DNA of 64,000 bases from an uncultured Clostridia bacterium. GTDB taxonomy: Bacteria > Bacillota > Clostridia > TANB77 > CAG-508. The DNA lies in the NCBI GenBank assembly GCA_934184665.1, contig CAKPSX010000002.1, forward strand, positions 2,753 to 66,752. The letters are read 5' to 3'. The notes beneath the pieces were generated by a model. The model searched no databases, had not been told where the DNA came from, and worked only from the letters and a program-made list of their open reading frames with translations. Numbering within the stretch: the first letter of the stretch is position 1; each line of letters starts with the position of its first letter. The position numbers and the translations under genes were made by a program. Positions 18,938-28,415 of this stretch are shown here, one piece after another.

Positions 18938-20981
18938 ATTATCATTAAAAAACATCAGTAAGAGTATAAAAGATTATACCATCTATTTTTTTACTCTTAT
19001 ACTTGGTGTTGCAATATTTTACGTATTTAATGCTATAGATGACCAAACAGTAATGCTAAATGTATCATCATCTACTTATGATATTATAAAATTAATGACA
19101 TCAATGCTTTCAGGAGTTAGTGTATTTGTATCATTCATACTTGCATTTTTAATTATTTATGCAAGCAGATTCTTAATAAAAAGAAGAAATAAAGAATTTG
19201 GAATATACTTAACACTTGGAATGAGTAAAAGAAAAATATCATTAATATTATTTTTTGAAACATTACTTATTGGAATATTATCTTTAGGTGTGGGAATTGG
19301 AATAGGATTTTTACTATCACAACTAATGAGCATATTAGTTGCTAACATGTTTGAAGCAGATTTAACAAAATTTAAATTTATTTTTTCATCAAGTGCATGT
19401 ATAAAAACATTAATATATTTTAGTATTATGTATTTAGTTGTTATGATATTTAACACAATAAATATTAGCAAATGTAAACTTATTGATTTACTACATGCGA
19501 ATAAAAAATCTGAGAAAATAAAACTTAAAAATCCTTGGCTTTGTGTAATAGTGTTTATTATTTCAGCATGTGCCTTAGGATATGCCTATTATATGGTAAC
19601 AGGTGGTATAGAAATTAGTTTGACAAATGCTAACTCAATTCTTATACCAATAGGAATTGGGTCAGTATCAACATTTTTTATATTTTGGTCTTTATCAGGA
19701 TTAATTTTAAAAATATTTATGAGTATGAAAAAGACATATTATAAAGGGTTAAATAGTTTTACATTAAGACAGTTTTCAAGCAAAATAAATACAACAGTAT
19801 TTTCAATGACAGTAATATGTTTAATGCTATTTATAACAATATGTGTGCTATCAAGTGCATTGTCAATGAAAAATTCTATGACAGAGAATTTAAAAACATT
19901 AGTACCTGCTGACATTGAAATAACTAAAAAACTAAACATTTCAGATGATAACAAGTATTCAAAAGAGAAAATAGAAGATTCAAAAATCAGTTTAAGAGAA
20001 AGTTTAGATAAATTGAATTTTGATGTAAACAACAATTTTAAAGATATAGTTGAATTTAATACTTATGCAACAAATGAACTAACAGTAAAAGACACAATAG
20101 GAGAGTATTATAATGAGGCTAAAGAGAAATATCCATTTTTAATGTATGATAATACTGAAACAATGATTAAAATAAGTGATTACAATAAAATGGCAAAAAT
20201 GTTTAATTTAGAAGAATATTCCTTAAACTCAGACGAGTATATAGTTGTATCAAACTACAAAGGATGGTCTGAAATAAGAGATGAAGGATTAAAATTAAGT
20301 ACTAATATAACAATAAAAGGCAATAGTTATAAACCTAAATTTACAAAATGCGTAGATGGTTTTTATGAAATGAATGCAAGTTATTTTAATATTGGATTTT
20401 TCGTAGTACCAGATGATGCTGTCACAGATTCAATGAAAGAAACAGGAATTATGATTGCAAACTATAAAGCAAATAGTGCTGAAGGAAAAAGAAGTATAGA
20501 AGACAAAGTTTTAGATATAGAAAAAGATGAGTATGCAAAAAATACAACACTTGAGGCAAGAACAAAACTATATATTGCAGAGGCAAGTGTTGGATTGGGT
20601 GGAATGGTAACATTTATAGGACTTTATTTGGGAATAATATTCTTAATATCTTGTGCAGCAATATTAGCATTAAAAGAATTATCAGAATCAAGTGACAATG
20701 TAGAAAAATTTAACATGTTGAGAAGAATTGGTGTTGATGAAAAAATGATAAATAATGCACTATTCAGACAGATTGGAATTTTCTTTATGTTTCCACTCTT
20801 AATAGCAATTATACATTCTATATTTGGTATAAAATTCTGTAATTATATATTAAGTACTTTTGGTAATGAACAACTATTGCAATCAATAATTGCAACAGCA
20901 ATATTTATAATAATTATATATGGTGGCTATTTCTTGGTTACTTATTCATGTAGTAAAAATATAATCAAGGAAAATAGATGA
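18924..20981 (+). CDS. ABC transporter permease, FtsX-type with large extracellular domain (BceB-like)
   Basis: 685 aa with two FtsX-like 4-TM bundles. A soluble loop of about 200 aa separates them (residues about 330-545). Overlaps the ATPase gene. Strong SD (GGAGGAG). Confidence 0.9.
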   Translation: MMLFKLSLKNISKSIKDYTIYFFTLILGVAIFYVFNAIDDQTVMLNVSSSTYDIIKLMTSMLSGVSVFVSFILAFLIIYASRFLIKRRNKEFGIYLTLGMSKRKISLILFFETLLIGILSLGVGIGIGFLLSQLMSILVANMFEADLTKFKFIFSSSACIKTLIYFSIMYLVVMIFNTINISKCKLIDLLHANKKSEKIKLKNPWLCVIVFIISACALGYAYYMVTGGIEISLTNANSILIPIGIGSVSTFFIFWSLSGLILKIFMSMKKTYYKGLNSFTLRQFSSKINTTVFSMTVICLMLFITICVLSSALSMKNSMTENLKTLVPADIEITKKLNISDDNKYSKEKIEDSKISLRESLDKLNFDVNNNFKDIVEFNTYATNELTVKDTIGEYYNEAKEKYPFLMYDNTETMIKISDYNKMAKMFNLEEYSLNSDEYIVVSNYKGWSEIRDEGLKLSTNITIKGNSYKPKFTKCVDGFYEMNASYFNIGFFVVPDDAVTDSMKETGIMIANYKANSAEGKRSIEDKVLDIEKDEYAKNTTLEARTKLYIAEASVGLGGMVTFIGLYLGIIFLISCAAILALKELSESSDNVEKFNMLRRIGVDEKMINNALFRQIGIFFMFPLLIAIIHSIFGIKFCNYILSTFGNEQLLQSIIATAIFIIIIYGGYFLVTYSCSKNIIKENR

Positions 20982-21004
20982 AAAGTATGACTTTCCTATT
21001 ATAT

Positions 21005-21039
21005 AAAAAGAGCCCCCTCCACAAATAGTGAAGGGGGTT
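21005..21039 (-). terminator. Rho-independent terminator of the GC-rich orphan gene (may also stop bceB-like read-through)
   Basis: GC-rich hairpin 21011-21039 (CCCCCTCCAC...GTGAAGGGGG, one mismatch). On the minus strand it is followed by a T-run (complement of A-run 21005-21009). Confidence 0.8.
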
Positions 21040-21044
21040 GAATC

Positions 21045-21359
21045 TTATACGAAAGGCTTGGGGTCGTAGCTCTTCAGATTGGCAATTATATCCGACTGGG
21101 TATACTTGCCTTCACGAAAGGCCTTCAGAGAGGTCTTCAGAATTGCAGAGTTGCGTTTGCAGCACTCTTCCCAGAAGACCGTGAGCAGCTTCCCACGGAT
21201 GCCAAGATCGTCCATGAAGGGAAGATCACGGAACACTGAGTGTTCGAAAGTAAGCATCCGCAGTACAGTCTTCTCAACAGACGGATCGCCTTCTGAGATA
21301 ATTTCAAGGACCTTGTTGAACGACATTCCAGGATGGATACGACTAGTAGACTTACACAT
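21045..21359 (-). CDS. Orphan 104-aa hypothetical protein encoded in a GC-rich island
   Basis: ATG 21359 (MCKSTSR...) lies 6 nt after AAAGGAGAA. The protein sequence is balanced, whereas the overlapping + strand ORF is S/R-rich junk. It has its own promoter and terminator. No family recognised. Confidence 0.7.
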   Translation of the reverse strand: MCKSTSRIHPGMSFNKVLEIISEGDPSVEKTVLRMLTFEHSVFRDLPFMDDLGIRGKLLTVFWEECCKRNSAILKTSLKAFREGKYTQSDIIANLKSYDPKPFV

Positions 21360-21453
21360 AAGGTTCTCCTTTTTACTTTTATGCAAAGGCAATGCCAATG
21401 CAAATAAAAGTGGTATAATTGTTTAACTCGCTATACCTACGAGAGATATTTTT

Positions 21454-21482
21454 ATTATACCATACTTTACATAAAGTGTCAA
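21454..21482 (-). promoter_or_regulatory. Consensus sigma-A promoter (TTGACA-17-TGgTATAAT) driving the GC-rich orphan gene
   Basis: The minus strand reads TTGACA (21482-21477), an exactly 17-nt spacer ending in TGG, then TATAAT (21459-21454). The predicted leader to ATG 21359 is about 90 nt. Confidence 0.7.
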
Positions 21483-21490
21483 ATAATTGC

Positions 21491-21533
21491 AAAAAATTTC
21501 TTGCCAGATTATTGACAAATACTAGCAAGAAAC
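21491..21533 (-). terminator. Candidate murC terminator
   Basis: 8-bp stem TTTCTTGC / GCAAGAAA (21497-21504 / 21525-21532) with a large 20-nt loop. On the minus strand a T-run follows (complement of 21491-21496). Confidence 0.4.
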
Positions 21534-21569
21534 TTCAAATTCTACTTATTTATTCTATTTTTCGAGGTT

Positions 21570-22949
21570 TTAATCAACTATCATTGGACCGATTTCTGTA
21601 ACAGTACCAGCACCTAAAGTAAGAACAATATCATTTGGTTTTACATTTTCTTTTAAGTAAGAAGCACAATCTTTAAGTGAAGATATATAAATTGCTGGTT
21701 TACCTAATTTAACAATTTCATCAACTAAATCTTTTGAAGATATATCATATGTATTAGTTTCTCTTGCAGCATATATATCTGTAACTATGATATTATCAAA
21801 ACCAAGTAAGGCATTAGCAAAATCATGTAATAAATTAAAAGTTCTACTATATGTATGAGGTTGGAAAACTACCCATGATTTATTATATTTTTTATTAGAT
21901 AATGCTTTAGCTGTTGCAAGAATTTCAGTAGGGTGATGACCATAATCGTCATAAACATTTGCACCATTAACAGTACCTTTAAATTCAAACCTTCTATCAG
22001 CACCTTTGAATTTTGCAAGAGCAATTTTCATTGGTTCTTTTCCGATTCCATATGCATCACATAAAGCAATACAAGCTAATGAGTTTAAAACATTATGCAT
22101 ACCTGGAATAGAAAGCTTAAAATGTTCATAAAATTCATTTTTCTTATAAACATCGAATTCTGCAAAACCATCAGCATTAAAAGTTATATTTTGTGCAGAA
22201 AAATCAACATCTTTATTATTAATACCATATTTTATACAAGGTGCTTTTGAATATTTAGGTAATTCAAGACAATTTTCATCATCAGCATTAATAATTAAAT
22301 GACCATCTTCTGGCAATAATTTTACATATTTTATAAAAGCTTTTTTTATATTTTCTATATTTTTATAATAATCTAAGTGGTCATTATCAATATTTAAAAT
22401 AATTTCAGATTTAGGGCTAAATTTTAAAAAGCTTTCAACATATTCACATGCTTCTATAATAAAATCTTCGCTATTACCAACTCTATAATTTCCATGAAGT
22501 TCTGGAATTATTGCTCCAACCTGAATGCTTGGATTTTTATTTGCTTCAACAAAACATAAAGATACAAGTGATGTTGTAGTTGTTTTACCATGTGTTCCAG
22601 AAATGGCTATAGTATTTTTATAACATCTTGTAATTTCTCCAAGAAAAGTAGACCTCTCGATTACAGGAATACCAAGTTCTTTGGCATGTACAAGTTCTAC
22701 GTTGTCATCATGAACAGCAGCAGTATAAACAACACAATCTGCACCTTCAACATTTTTTGCATCATGGCCTATGTATATTTTAATTCCAGCATTTCTTAAT
22801 GTATGTAAAATATCAGAATCAACATTATTACTTCCAGATATAGAAAACCCCCAATTTAAAAGTATTTCTGCGATTCCGCTCATACTAACTCCGCCGATTC
22901 CAATCATATGTATTTTTTTATATTTCTCTATATTATTAATGTTTGGCAT
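21570..22949 (-). CDS. murC: UDP-N-acetylmuramate--L-alanine ligase
   Basis: IHMIGIGGVSMSGIAEILL, GTHGKTTTTS and DDYGHHPTEI motifs. The start was set to ATG 22949 (MPNINN) behind GGAG. Confidence 0.95.
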   Translation of the reverse strand: MPNINNIEKYKKIHMIGIGGVSMSGIAEILLNWGFSISGSNNVDSDILHTLRNAGIKIYIGHDAKNVEGADCVVYTAAVHDDNVELVHAKELGIPVIERSTFLGEITRCYKNTIAISGTHGKTTTTSLVSLCFVEANKNPSIQVGAIIPELHGNYRVGNSEDFIIEACEYVESFLKFSPKSEIILNIDNDHLDYYKNIENIKKAFIKYVKLLPEDGHLIINADDENCLELPKYSKAPCIKYGINNKDVDFSAQNITFNADGFAEFDVYKKNEFYEHFKLSIPGMHNVLNSLACIALCDAYGIGKEPMKIALAKFKGADRRFEFKGTVNGANVYDDYGHHPTEILATAKALSNKKYNKSWVVFQPHTYSRTFNLLHDFANALLGFDNIIVTDIYAARETNTYDISSKDLVDEIVKLGKPAIYISSLKDCASYLKENVKPNDIVLTLGAGTVTEIGPMIVD

Positions 22950-23073
22950 TATAAACACTCCTCATAATTTGATAAATAAGATTATATACTTATATAATGC
23001 AAATTTCAAGTTTTTTGTTCCAATATTTTAAAAAATTTCACAATAAATTCACAATTCAAAACAAGAATATCAC

Positions 23074-23102
23074 TTGAAAAAAAACATAAAATATGTTATA
23101 TT
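23074..23102 (+). promoter_or_regulatory. Candidate sigma-A promoter for the 1441-aa gene
   Basis: TTGAAA (23074-23079), 17-nt spacer, TATATT (23097-23102). Confidence 0.4.
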
Positions 23103-23134
23103 AGGGGAGAATTTATTATTTAAGGAGACTAGTC

Positions 23135-26100
23135 ATGAAAGAAGTAATACATATAGGGATGGATGTTGGTTCAACAACAGTTAAAATAGTTGTAATGAAC
23201 GAAAAATTAGAAGAAATCTATTCATCTTATGAAAGACACTTTTCAGATACAAAAAACACTGTATGCAAAGTGTTAGAAGATTTAATAGAAAAATATAAAG
23301 ATAATGAATATACAATAGCATTAACTGGCTCAGGGGCTATGAGTACAGCTAAATTTTTAGATGTTCCATTTATACAAGAAGTTGTATCATGTAAAAGAGC
23401 AGTTGAGAAATATATACCACAAACAGATGTAGTAATTGAATTAGGTGGGGAAGATGCTAAAATAATTTATTTTGGTAAATCAATAGAACAACGTATGAAC
23501 GGAACATGTGCAGGTGGAACAGGTGCATTTTTAGACCAAATGGCATCATTATTAAACACAGATACAGCAGGTTTAAATGAATTAGCAAAAAACTACCAAA
23601 CAATATATCCAATAGCATCAAGATGTGGTGTTTTTGCTAAAACAGATGTACAACCTCTATTAAATGAAGGTGCAGCAAAAGAAGATATTGCTGTGTCAAT
23701 TTTCCAAGCAGTAGTAAATCAAACAATAAGTGGTTTAGCATGTGGTAGACCCATAAGAGGAAATGTAGCGTTTTTAGGAGGACCTTTAAACTATTTATCA
23801 GAATTAAGAAAAAGATTTATTGAAACTCTAAATTTAACACCAGAGCAAACAATAGTACCAGAAGAGGCACATTTGTTAGTTGCAAAAGGTGCATGCCTAG
23901 ATGCAAAAGATATGAAACCAATAACTGTAGAAAAATTAAAAAGCAAAATACAAGTATTAAAAGTATCAAAAGACACAACAACAGAGCCTTTAAAACCACT
24001 ATTTACAACAAATGTAGAATATGAGGAATTTAAAAATAGACATGCAAAAGCACAAGTGCCAAAGAAACCATTATCAGAACATAAAGGAGATTGTTTTGTA
24101 GGAATAGATGCAGGTTCTACAACATCAAAATTGGTATTAACAGATAGAGAAGGAACATTATTATATTCAGCATATAAAAGCAATGAAGGTAAGCCACTAG
24201 AAAGTGTTATAGAAATGTTAAAAGAATTATATTCTGTATTACCACAAGATGCAGTTATAAGATATAGTGGTGTAACAGGATATGGTGAGAAACTAATACA
24301 AACAGCATTAAATGTAGATTTAAATGAGATAGAAACAATAGCACATTATACAGCTGCTAAAAAGTTTGAACCAAAAGTAACAAGTATAGTTGACATCGGT
24401 GGTCAAGACATGAAATACATAAAATTAAAAAATAACACAATAGACAATATCATGTTAAATGAAGCATGCTCATCAGGTTGTGGTTCATTTATCGAAACAT
24501 TTGCAAAAAGTTTAAATTTAGATATAACTGAATTCGTAAATGAAGCACTTGAAGCTAAAAATCCAGTTGATTTAGGCTCAAGATGTACTGTATTTATGAA
24601 CTCAAAAATCAAACAAGCACAAAAAGAAGGATATTCAGTAGGTGATATATCAGCTGGTTTATCATATTCAGTAATAAAAAATGCAATACAAAAAGTAATG
24701 AAAATAAGAGATGTAAAAAAATTAGGTAGCCATATAGTTGTTCAAGGAGGAACATTCTATAATGAAGCTGTACTTAGAGCATTTGAATTAATAGTTGGTA
24801 GAAATGTTATAAGACCAGATATTGCAGGGCTTATGGGAGCATATGGAATGGCATTACTTGCATGTGAACAATATGAAGCAAATATGGATATGGAATATAA
24901 ATCAACATTAGCTACAGTTGAACAGATAGATAAATTAGATATAAAAGTTACACATACAAGATGTAATGGATGTGAAAACCATTGTCAATTAACAATAAAC
25001 AAATTTAGTAATGGAAAAAGATATATATCAGGAAATAGATGTGAAAAAGGAGAAGGAATAATAAACAAAAATAGTGAACTTCCTAACTTAGTAAAATACA
25101 AATATAATAGAATATTTGGTTATACTCCATTAGAAGAAAAAGATGCACCAAGAGGAACAATAGGAATACCAAGAGTACTAAACATGTATGAAGATTATCC
25201 ATTCTGGTTTACACTATTAACTGAATTAGGATTTAGAGTAATAATATCAGAAAAAAGTACAAGAAAAATATATGAAAAAGGTATGGAATCAATGCCATCT
25301 GAATCTGTATGTTATCCAGCAAAATTATCACATGGACATGTAATAAGCTTAATACAAAAAGGAATAAAAACAATATTTTATCCATGTATGCCATATTCAA
25401 GAAAAGAATATCAAGATGCAAATAATAGATATAATTGCCCAATTGTAATATCATATTCAGAAGTGTTAAAAAATAATGTAGAAGAACTAAAAACAGAAAA
25501 TATAAAATTCATAAATCCATTTTTACCATTTGAGCCAAAAAGATTAATGCAAAGAATGCTAGAATTGGAAGAATTTAAAGAATATAAATTCACCAAAAAA
25601 GAGCTAAAAAATGCTATAGAAAAAGCAGAGGCAGAATATCAAAAATGTAGACAAGATATTCATGATAAAGGAAAAGAAACACTTGAATATATTGAGAAAA
25701 ATAAATTAAAAGGAATTGTATTAGCAGGTAGACCATATCACATAGACCCAGAAATAAATCATGGTATTGATACATTAATAACAAGTTTAGGAATGTGTGT
25801 ATTAACAGAGGATAGTGTTGCAGATAAAACATTACCAGAAAGACCATTACGTGTTGTAGATCAATGGATGTTCCATTCAAGATTATATGCAGCAGCTGAT
25901 TTTGTGGGTAGACATGACAACCTTGAACTTGTACAAATAAACTCATTTGGTTGTGGCGTTGATGCTGTTACAACAGACCAAGTTGAAGAGATTTTAACAA
26001 GTTTTGATAAAATGTACACATTAATAAAAATAGATGAAGTAAACAATCTAGGAGCTGTAAGAATAAGACTTCGTTCACTATTAGCGAGTATAAATAAAAG

Positions 26101-27460
26101 ATTAAAAGAAAAAAATCCTCAAAAAGGTGATGGAATCTATAAATTAGAAAGAATACCATTTACTGAAGAAATGAAAAAAGAATATACAATATTAATACCA
26201 CAAATGGCACCAATACATTTTGAATTTATAGAGCCAGTACTTCAAAGTGAAGGATATAAAGCTAAATTATTAAGAGAATGTACACAAAAAACAATAGAAA
26301 CAGGTTTAAAATATGTAAATAATGATGCATGTTATCCATCAATAATAACAACAGGACAAATGATAGAGGCATTAGAATCAGGAGAATATGACTTAGACAA
26401 AACAGCATTAATAATGTCACAAACAGGTGGAGGCTGTAGAGCTACAAATTACATAGGATTTATAAGAAAAGCATTAAAAGATGCTGGACTTGAAAAAATT
26501 CCTGTAATATCATTTAATGTTGTTGGAATGGAGAAAAACCCAGGCTTTAAGTTAACAATTCCACTAATAGAAAAATTAGTAAAAGCAATGGTGTTTGCGG
26601 ATTTATTACAAAAAATGTTATATAGAAATAGACCTTATGAGAAAAATAAGGGCGAAACAGAAAAACTATTTAATGAGTGGATGGAAAAAGCAAAAGAAAT
26701 TACTGTAAGAAATAAATCAAAAGAATTTTCAAAAACTATTCATCAAATAGTAGAGGACTTTGAAAAAATAGAATTAGATGAGACAGTCCAAAAACCAAAA
26801 GTAGGAATTGTTGGAGAAATATTAATAAAATATCATCCATTTGGAAATAATTATGTTGCAAACTTGCTAGAAAAAGAAGGAGCAGAAGTTATACTTCCAG
26901 ACTTCTTAGGATTTGTAAAATTTATTGCAAGTAATAAAGTAATATCAAACCAAATGTTAAAAAATGATAACAAAAAAGCTGCAATATTTAAGTTTGCTAT
27001 AAAATTAATTGATTTAATGGAAAAAGATACAAGAAAAGCATTAGCAAAATCTAAAAAAGGGTATTTACCAACATCAGATATTTGGCATTTAGCAGATAAT
27101 GTTAAATCAGTATTATCTACTGGAAATCAAACAGGAGAAGGATGGTTCCTAACAGCAGAAATGCTTGAATATATGGAAAATGGAATTCCAAATATAGTAT
27201 GTGTTCAACCATTTGCATGTTTACCAAACCATGTAGTTGGAAAAGGTGTAATAAAAACAATAAGAGATATGTATCCAGAGGCAAATATTGTACCTGTTGA
27301 TTATGACCCAGGAGCAAGTGAAGCAAACCAAACAAACAGAATAAAACTTCTTATGACTGTTGCAAAAGATAATCTTAAATTGGAACAGAAAAAGAAAAAA
27401 GCACTTGAAAATGAAAATAATGATGAGAAAATATTAGAAAAAGAAAAGACAACAGTTTAA
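23135..27460 (+). CDS. Acyl-CoA dehydratase activase-related fusion protein (two BcrAD/BadFG-type ATPase domains plus a large C-terminal uncharacterised domain)
   Basis: Two actin-fold ATPase N-motifs (IGMDVGSTTVKIVV near residue 8, VGIDAGSTTSKLVL near residue 322), each followed by GGEDAK / GGQDMK phosphate-2 motifs. A Cys-rich segment follows (CNGCENHCQL...NRCEKGE), then about 800 aa matching the activase-associated region seen in Clostridia. Confidence 0.8.
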   Translation: MKEVIHIGMDVGSTTVKIVVMNEKLEEIYSSYERHFSDTKNTVCKVLEDLIEKYKDNEYTIALTGSGAMSTAKFLDVPFIQEVVSCKRAVEKYIPQTDVVIELGGEDAKIIYFGKSIEQRMNGTCAGGTGAFLDQMASLLNTDTAGLNELAKNYQTIYPIASRCGVFAKTDVQPLLNEGAAKEDIAVSIFQAVVNQTISGLACGRPIRGNVAFLGGPLNYLSELRKRFIETLNLTPEQTIVPEEAHLLVAKGACLDAKDMKPITVEKLKSKIQVLKVSKDTTTEPLKPLFTTNVEYEEFKNRHAKAQVPKKPLSEHKGDCFVGIDAGSTTSKLVLTDREGTLLYSAYKSNEGKPLESVIEMLKELYSVLPQDAVIRYSGVTGYGEKLIQTALNVDLNEIETIAHYTAAKKFEPKVTSIVDIGGQDMKYIKLKNNTIDNIMLNEACSSGCGSFIETFAKSLNLDITEFVNEALEAKNPVDLGSRCTVFMNSKIKQAQKEGYSVGDISAGLSYSVIKNAIQKVMKIRDVKKLGSHIVVQGGTFYNEAVLRAFELIVGRNVIRPDIAGLMGAYGMALLACEQYEANMDMEYKSTLATVEQIDKLDIKVTHTRCNGCENHCQLTINKFSNGKRYISGNRCEKGEGIINKNSELPNLVKYKYNRIFGYTPLEEKDAPRGTIGIPRVLNMYEDYPFWFTLLTELGFRVIISEKSTRKIYEKGMESMPSESVCYPAKLSHGHVISLIQKGIKTIFYPCMPYSRKEYQDANNRYNCPIVISYSEVLKNNVEELKTENIKFINPFLPFEPKRLMQRMLELEEFKEYKFTKKELKNAIEKAEAEYQKCRQDIHDKGKETLEYIEKNKLKGIVLAGRPYHIDPEINHGIDTLITSLGMCVLTEDSVADKTLPERPLRVVDQWMFHSRLYAAADFVGRHDNLELVQINSFGCGVDAVTTDQVEEILTSFDKMYTLIKIDEVNNLGAVRIRLRSLLASINKRLKEKNPQKGDGIYKLERIPFTEEMKKEYTILIPQMAPIHFEFIEPVLQSEGYKAKLLRECTQKTIETGLKYVNNDACYPSIITTGQMIEALESGEYDLDKTALIMSQTGGGCRATNYIGFIRKALKDAGLEKIPVISFNVVGMEKNPGFKLTIPLIEKLVKAMVFADLLQKMLYRNRPYEKNKGETEKLFNEWMEKAKEITVRNKSKEFSKTIHQIVEDFEKIELDETVQKPKVGIVGEILIKYHPFGNNYVANLLEKEGAEVILPDFLGFVKFIASNKVISNQMLKNDNKKAAIFKFAIKLIDLMEKDTRKALAKSKKGYLPTSDIWHLADNVKSVLSTGNQTGEGWFLTAEMLEYMENGIPNIVCVQPFACLPNHVVGKGVIKTIRDMYPEANIVPVDYDPGASEANQTNRIKLLMTVAKDNLKLEQKKKKALENENNDEKILEKEKTTV

Positions 27461-27545
27461 GACTGATAATAAATACAACTTTGGCATGAAAAACAAGATT
27501 TTCTTAGCCAAAGTTGTGTCCCAGTAAAGAAAGGAAGAAACACAA

Positions 27546-28385
27546 ATGCTAATAGAAATAGAAAAATATATAATATTATTTTTTATATATTCATTTGCAG
27601 GTTGGGTTATGGAATCTGTAGGTGATTCAATTAAGAAGAAGAGATTTGTAAATAGAGGTTTTTTAATAGGACCATATTGCCCTATTTATGGAACAGGAGT
27701 TGTTTTAATAACAATATTGTTAAAAAAGTATGCAGATGATATTTGGGTAACATTTTTTATGTCAGTAGTAATATGTGGAACTTTGGAGTATTTAACAAGT
27801 TATTTTATGGAAAAAATATTTAATGCAAGATGGTGGGATTATAGTAATAAAAAATTTAATATAAATGGTAGAATATGTCTAGAAACACTTGTGCCATTTG
27901 GAATTGCAGGAACATTTATTATATATGTCGCAAATCCATTTTTACTTAAATATATAAATATGATTCCACAAACAGTAATGAATGTTTTAATAATTGCGTT
28001 TTTAGTAATTTATTTTATAGATGTAATTGTATCATTTAAAATAATCCTTAACTTAAAAGAGATGTCTAAAGAATTTAAAGACAATACAGTTGAGATATCT
28101 GATAGAGTTAAAAAGATTATTAGAAAGAAATATAGAGGATATAGAAGACTTGTTCATGCTTTCCCTAAAATTAAAGAAACTGTTGTATATAGCAAATGGG
28201 AAGATATGAAGAAAAAGATAGGGGAATCAAAAGAAGAGATTGCTAACAAAATAGATAATTCAAAACAAGAGCTTAGAAATAAAATTGATTCTTCAAAAAC
28301 AGAAATAAAAATGAAAATACAAGACACAAAAAATAAAAACCAAACTCCAAAAGAAGAAAAAAACAAAGAAAATGAAAATAATTAA
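27546..28385 (+). CDS. Putative ABC-transporter type IV family membrane protein (PF06541-like) with a repetitive Lys-rich tail
   Basis: The N-terminus FFIYSFAGWVMESVGDSI...RGFLIGPYCPIYGTGVVLI is characteristic of that family. Multiple TM helices. The tail has three 11-aa repeats. Confidence 0.7.
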   Translation: MLIEIEKYIILFFIYSFAGWVMESVGDSIKKKRFVNRGFLIGPYCPIYGTGVVLITILLKKYADDIWVTFFMSVVICGTLEYLTSYFMEKIFNARWWDYSNKKFNINGRICLETLVPFGIAGTFIIYVANPFLLKYINMIPQTVMNVLIIAFLVIYFIDVIVSFKIILNLKEMSKEFKDNTVEISDRVKKIIRKKYRGYRRLVHAFPKIKETVVYSKWEDMKKKIGESKEEIANKIDNSKQELRNKIDSSKTEIKMKIQDTKNKNQTPKEEKNKENENN

Positions 28386-28386
28386 T

Positions 28387-28415
28387 AAAGAGGCTACTAC
28401 AAAGTAGTCTCTTTT
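28387..28415. terminator. Bidirectional hairpin between the convergent PF06541-like and mutS2 genes
   Basis: 12-bp stem AAAGAGGCTACT / AGTAGTCTCTTT (one G-U) with a 4-nt loop. It overlaps the mutS2 stop codon. Confidence 0.65.

Noticed and set aside
21079-21426. + strand 115-aa ORF, and the alternative minus-frame ORF 21137..21403, inside the GC-rich island.
   Set aside because: High G+C removes stop codons in all frames. These two translate to Ser/Arg/Cys-rich sequences and lack SD and start context. The 21045..21359 frame has SD, promoter and terminator.
21419-21601. 60-aa + strand ORF between the GC island and murC.
   Set aside because: It spans the promoter and terminator region and the murC 3' end. 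There is no SD and the composition is not protein-like.
27476-27516. 10-bp inverted repeat CAACTTTGGC...GCCAAAGTTG after the 1441-aa gene.
   Set aside because: It may be a terminator or processing hairpin, but the loop is 21 nt and no T-run follows. It is too weak to call.
28242-28340. Three consecutive 33-nt units encoding ANKIDNSKQEL / RNKIDSSKTEI / KMKIQDTKNKN in the tail of the PF06541-like protein.
   Set aside because: The repeat is real but degenerate, and it lies in a Lys/Glu-rich C-terminal tail. It is most simply a low-complexity coiled-coil-like extension, with no independent evidence of function.
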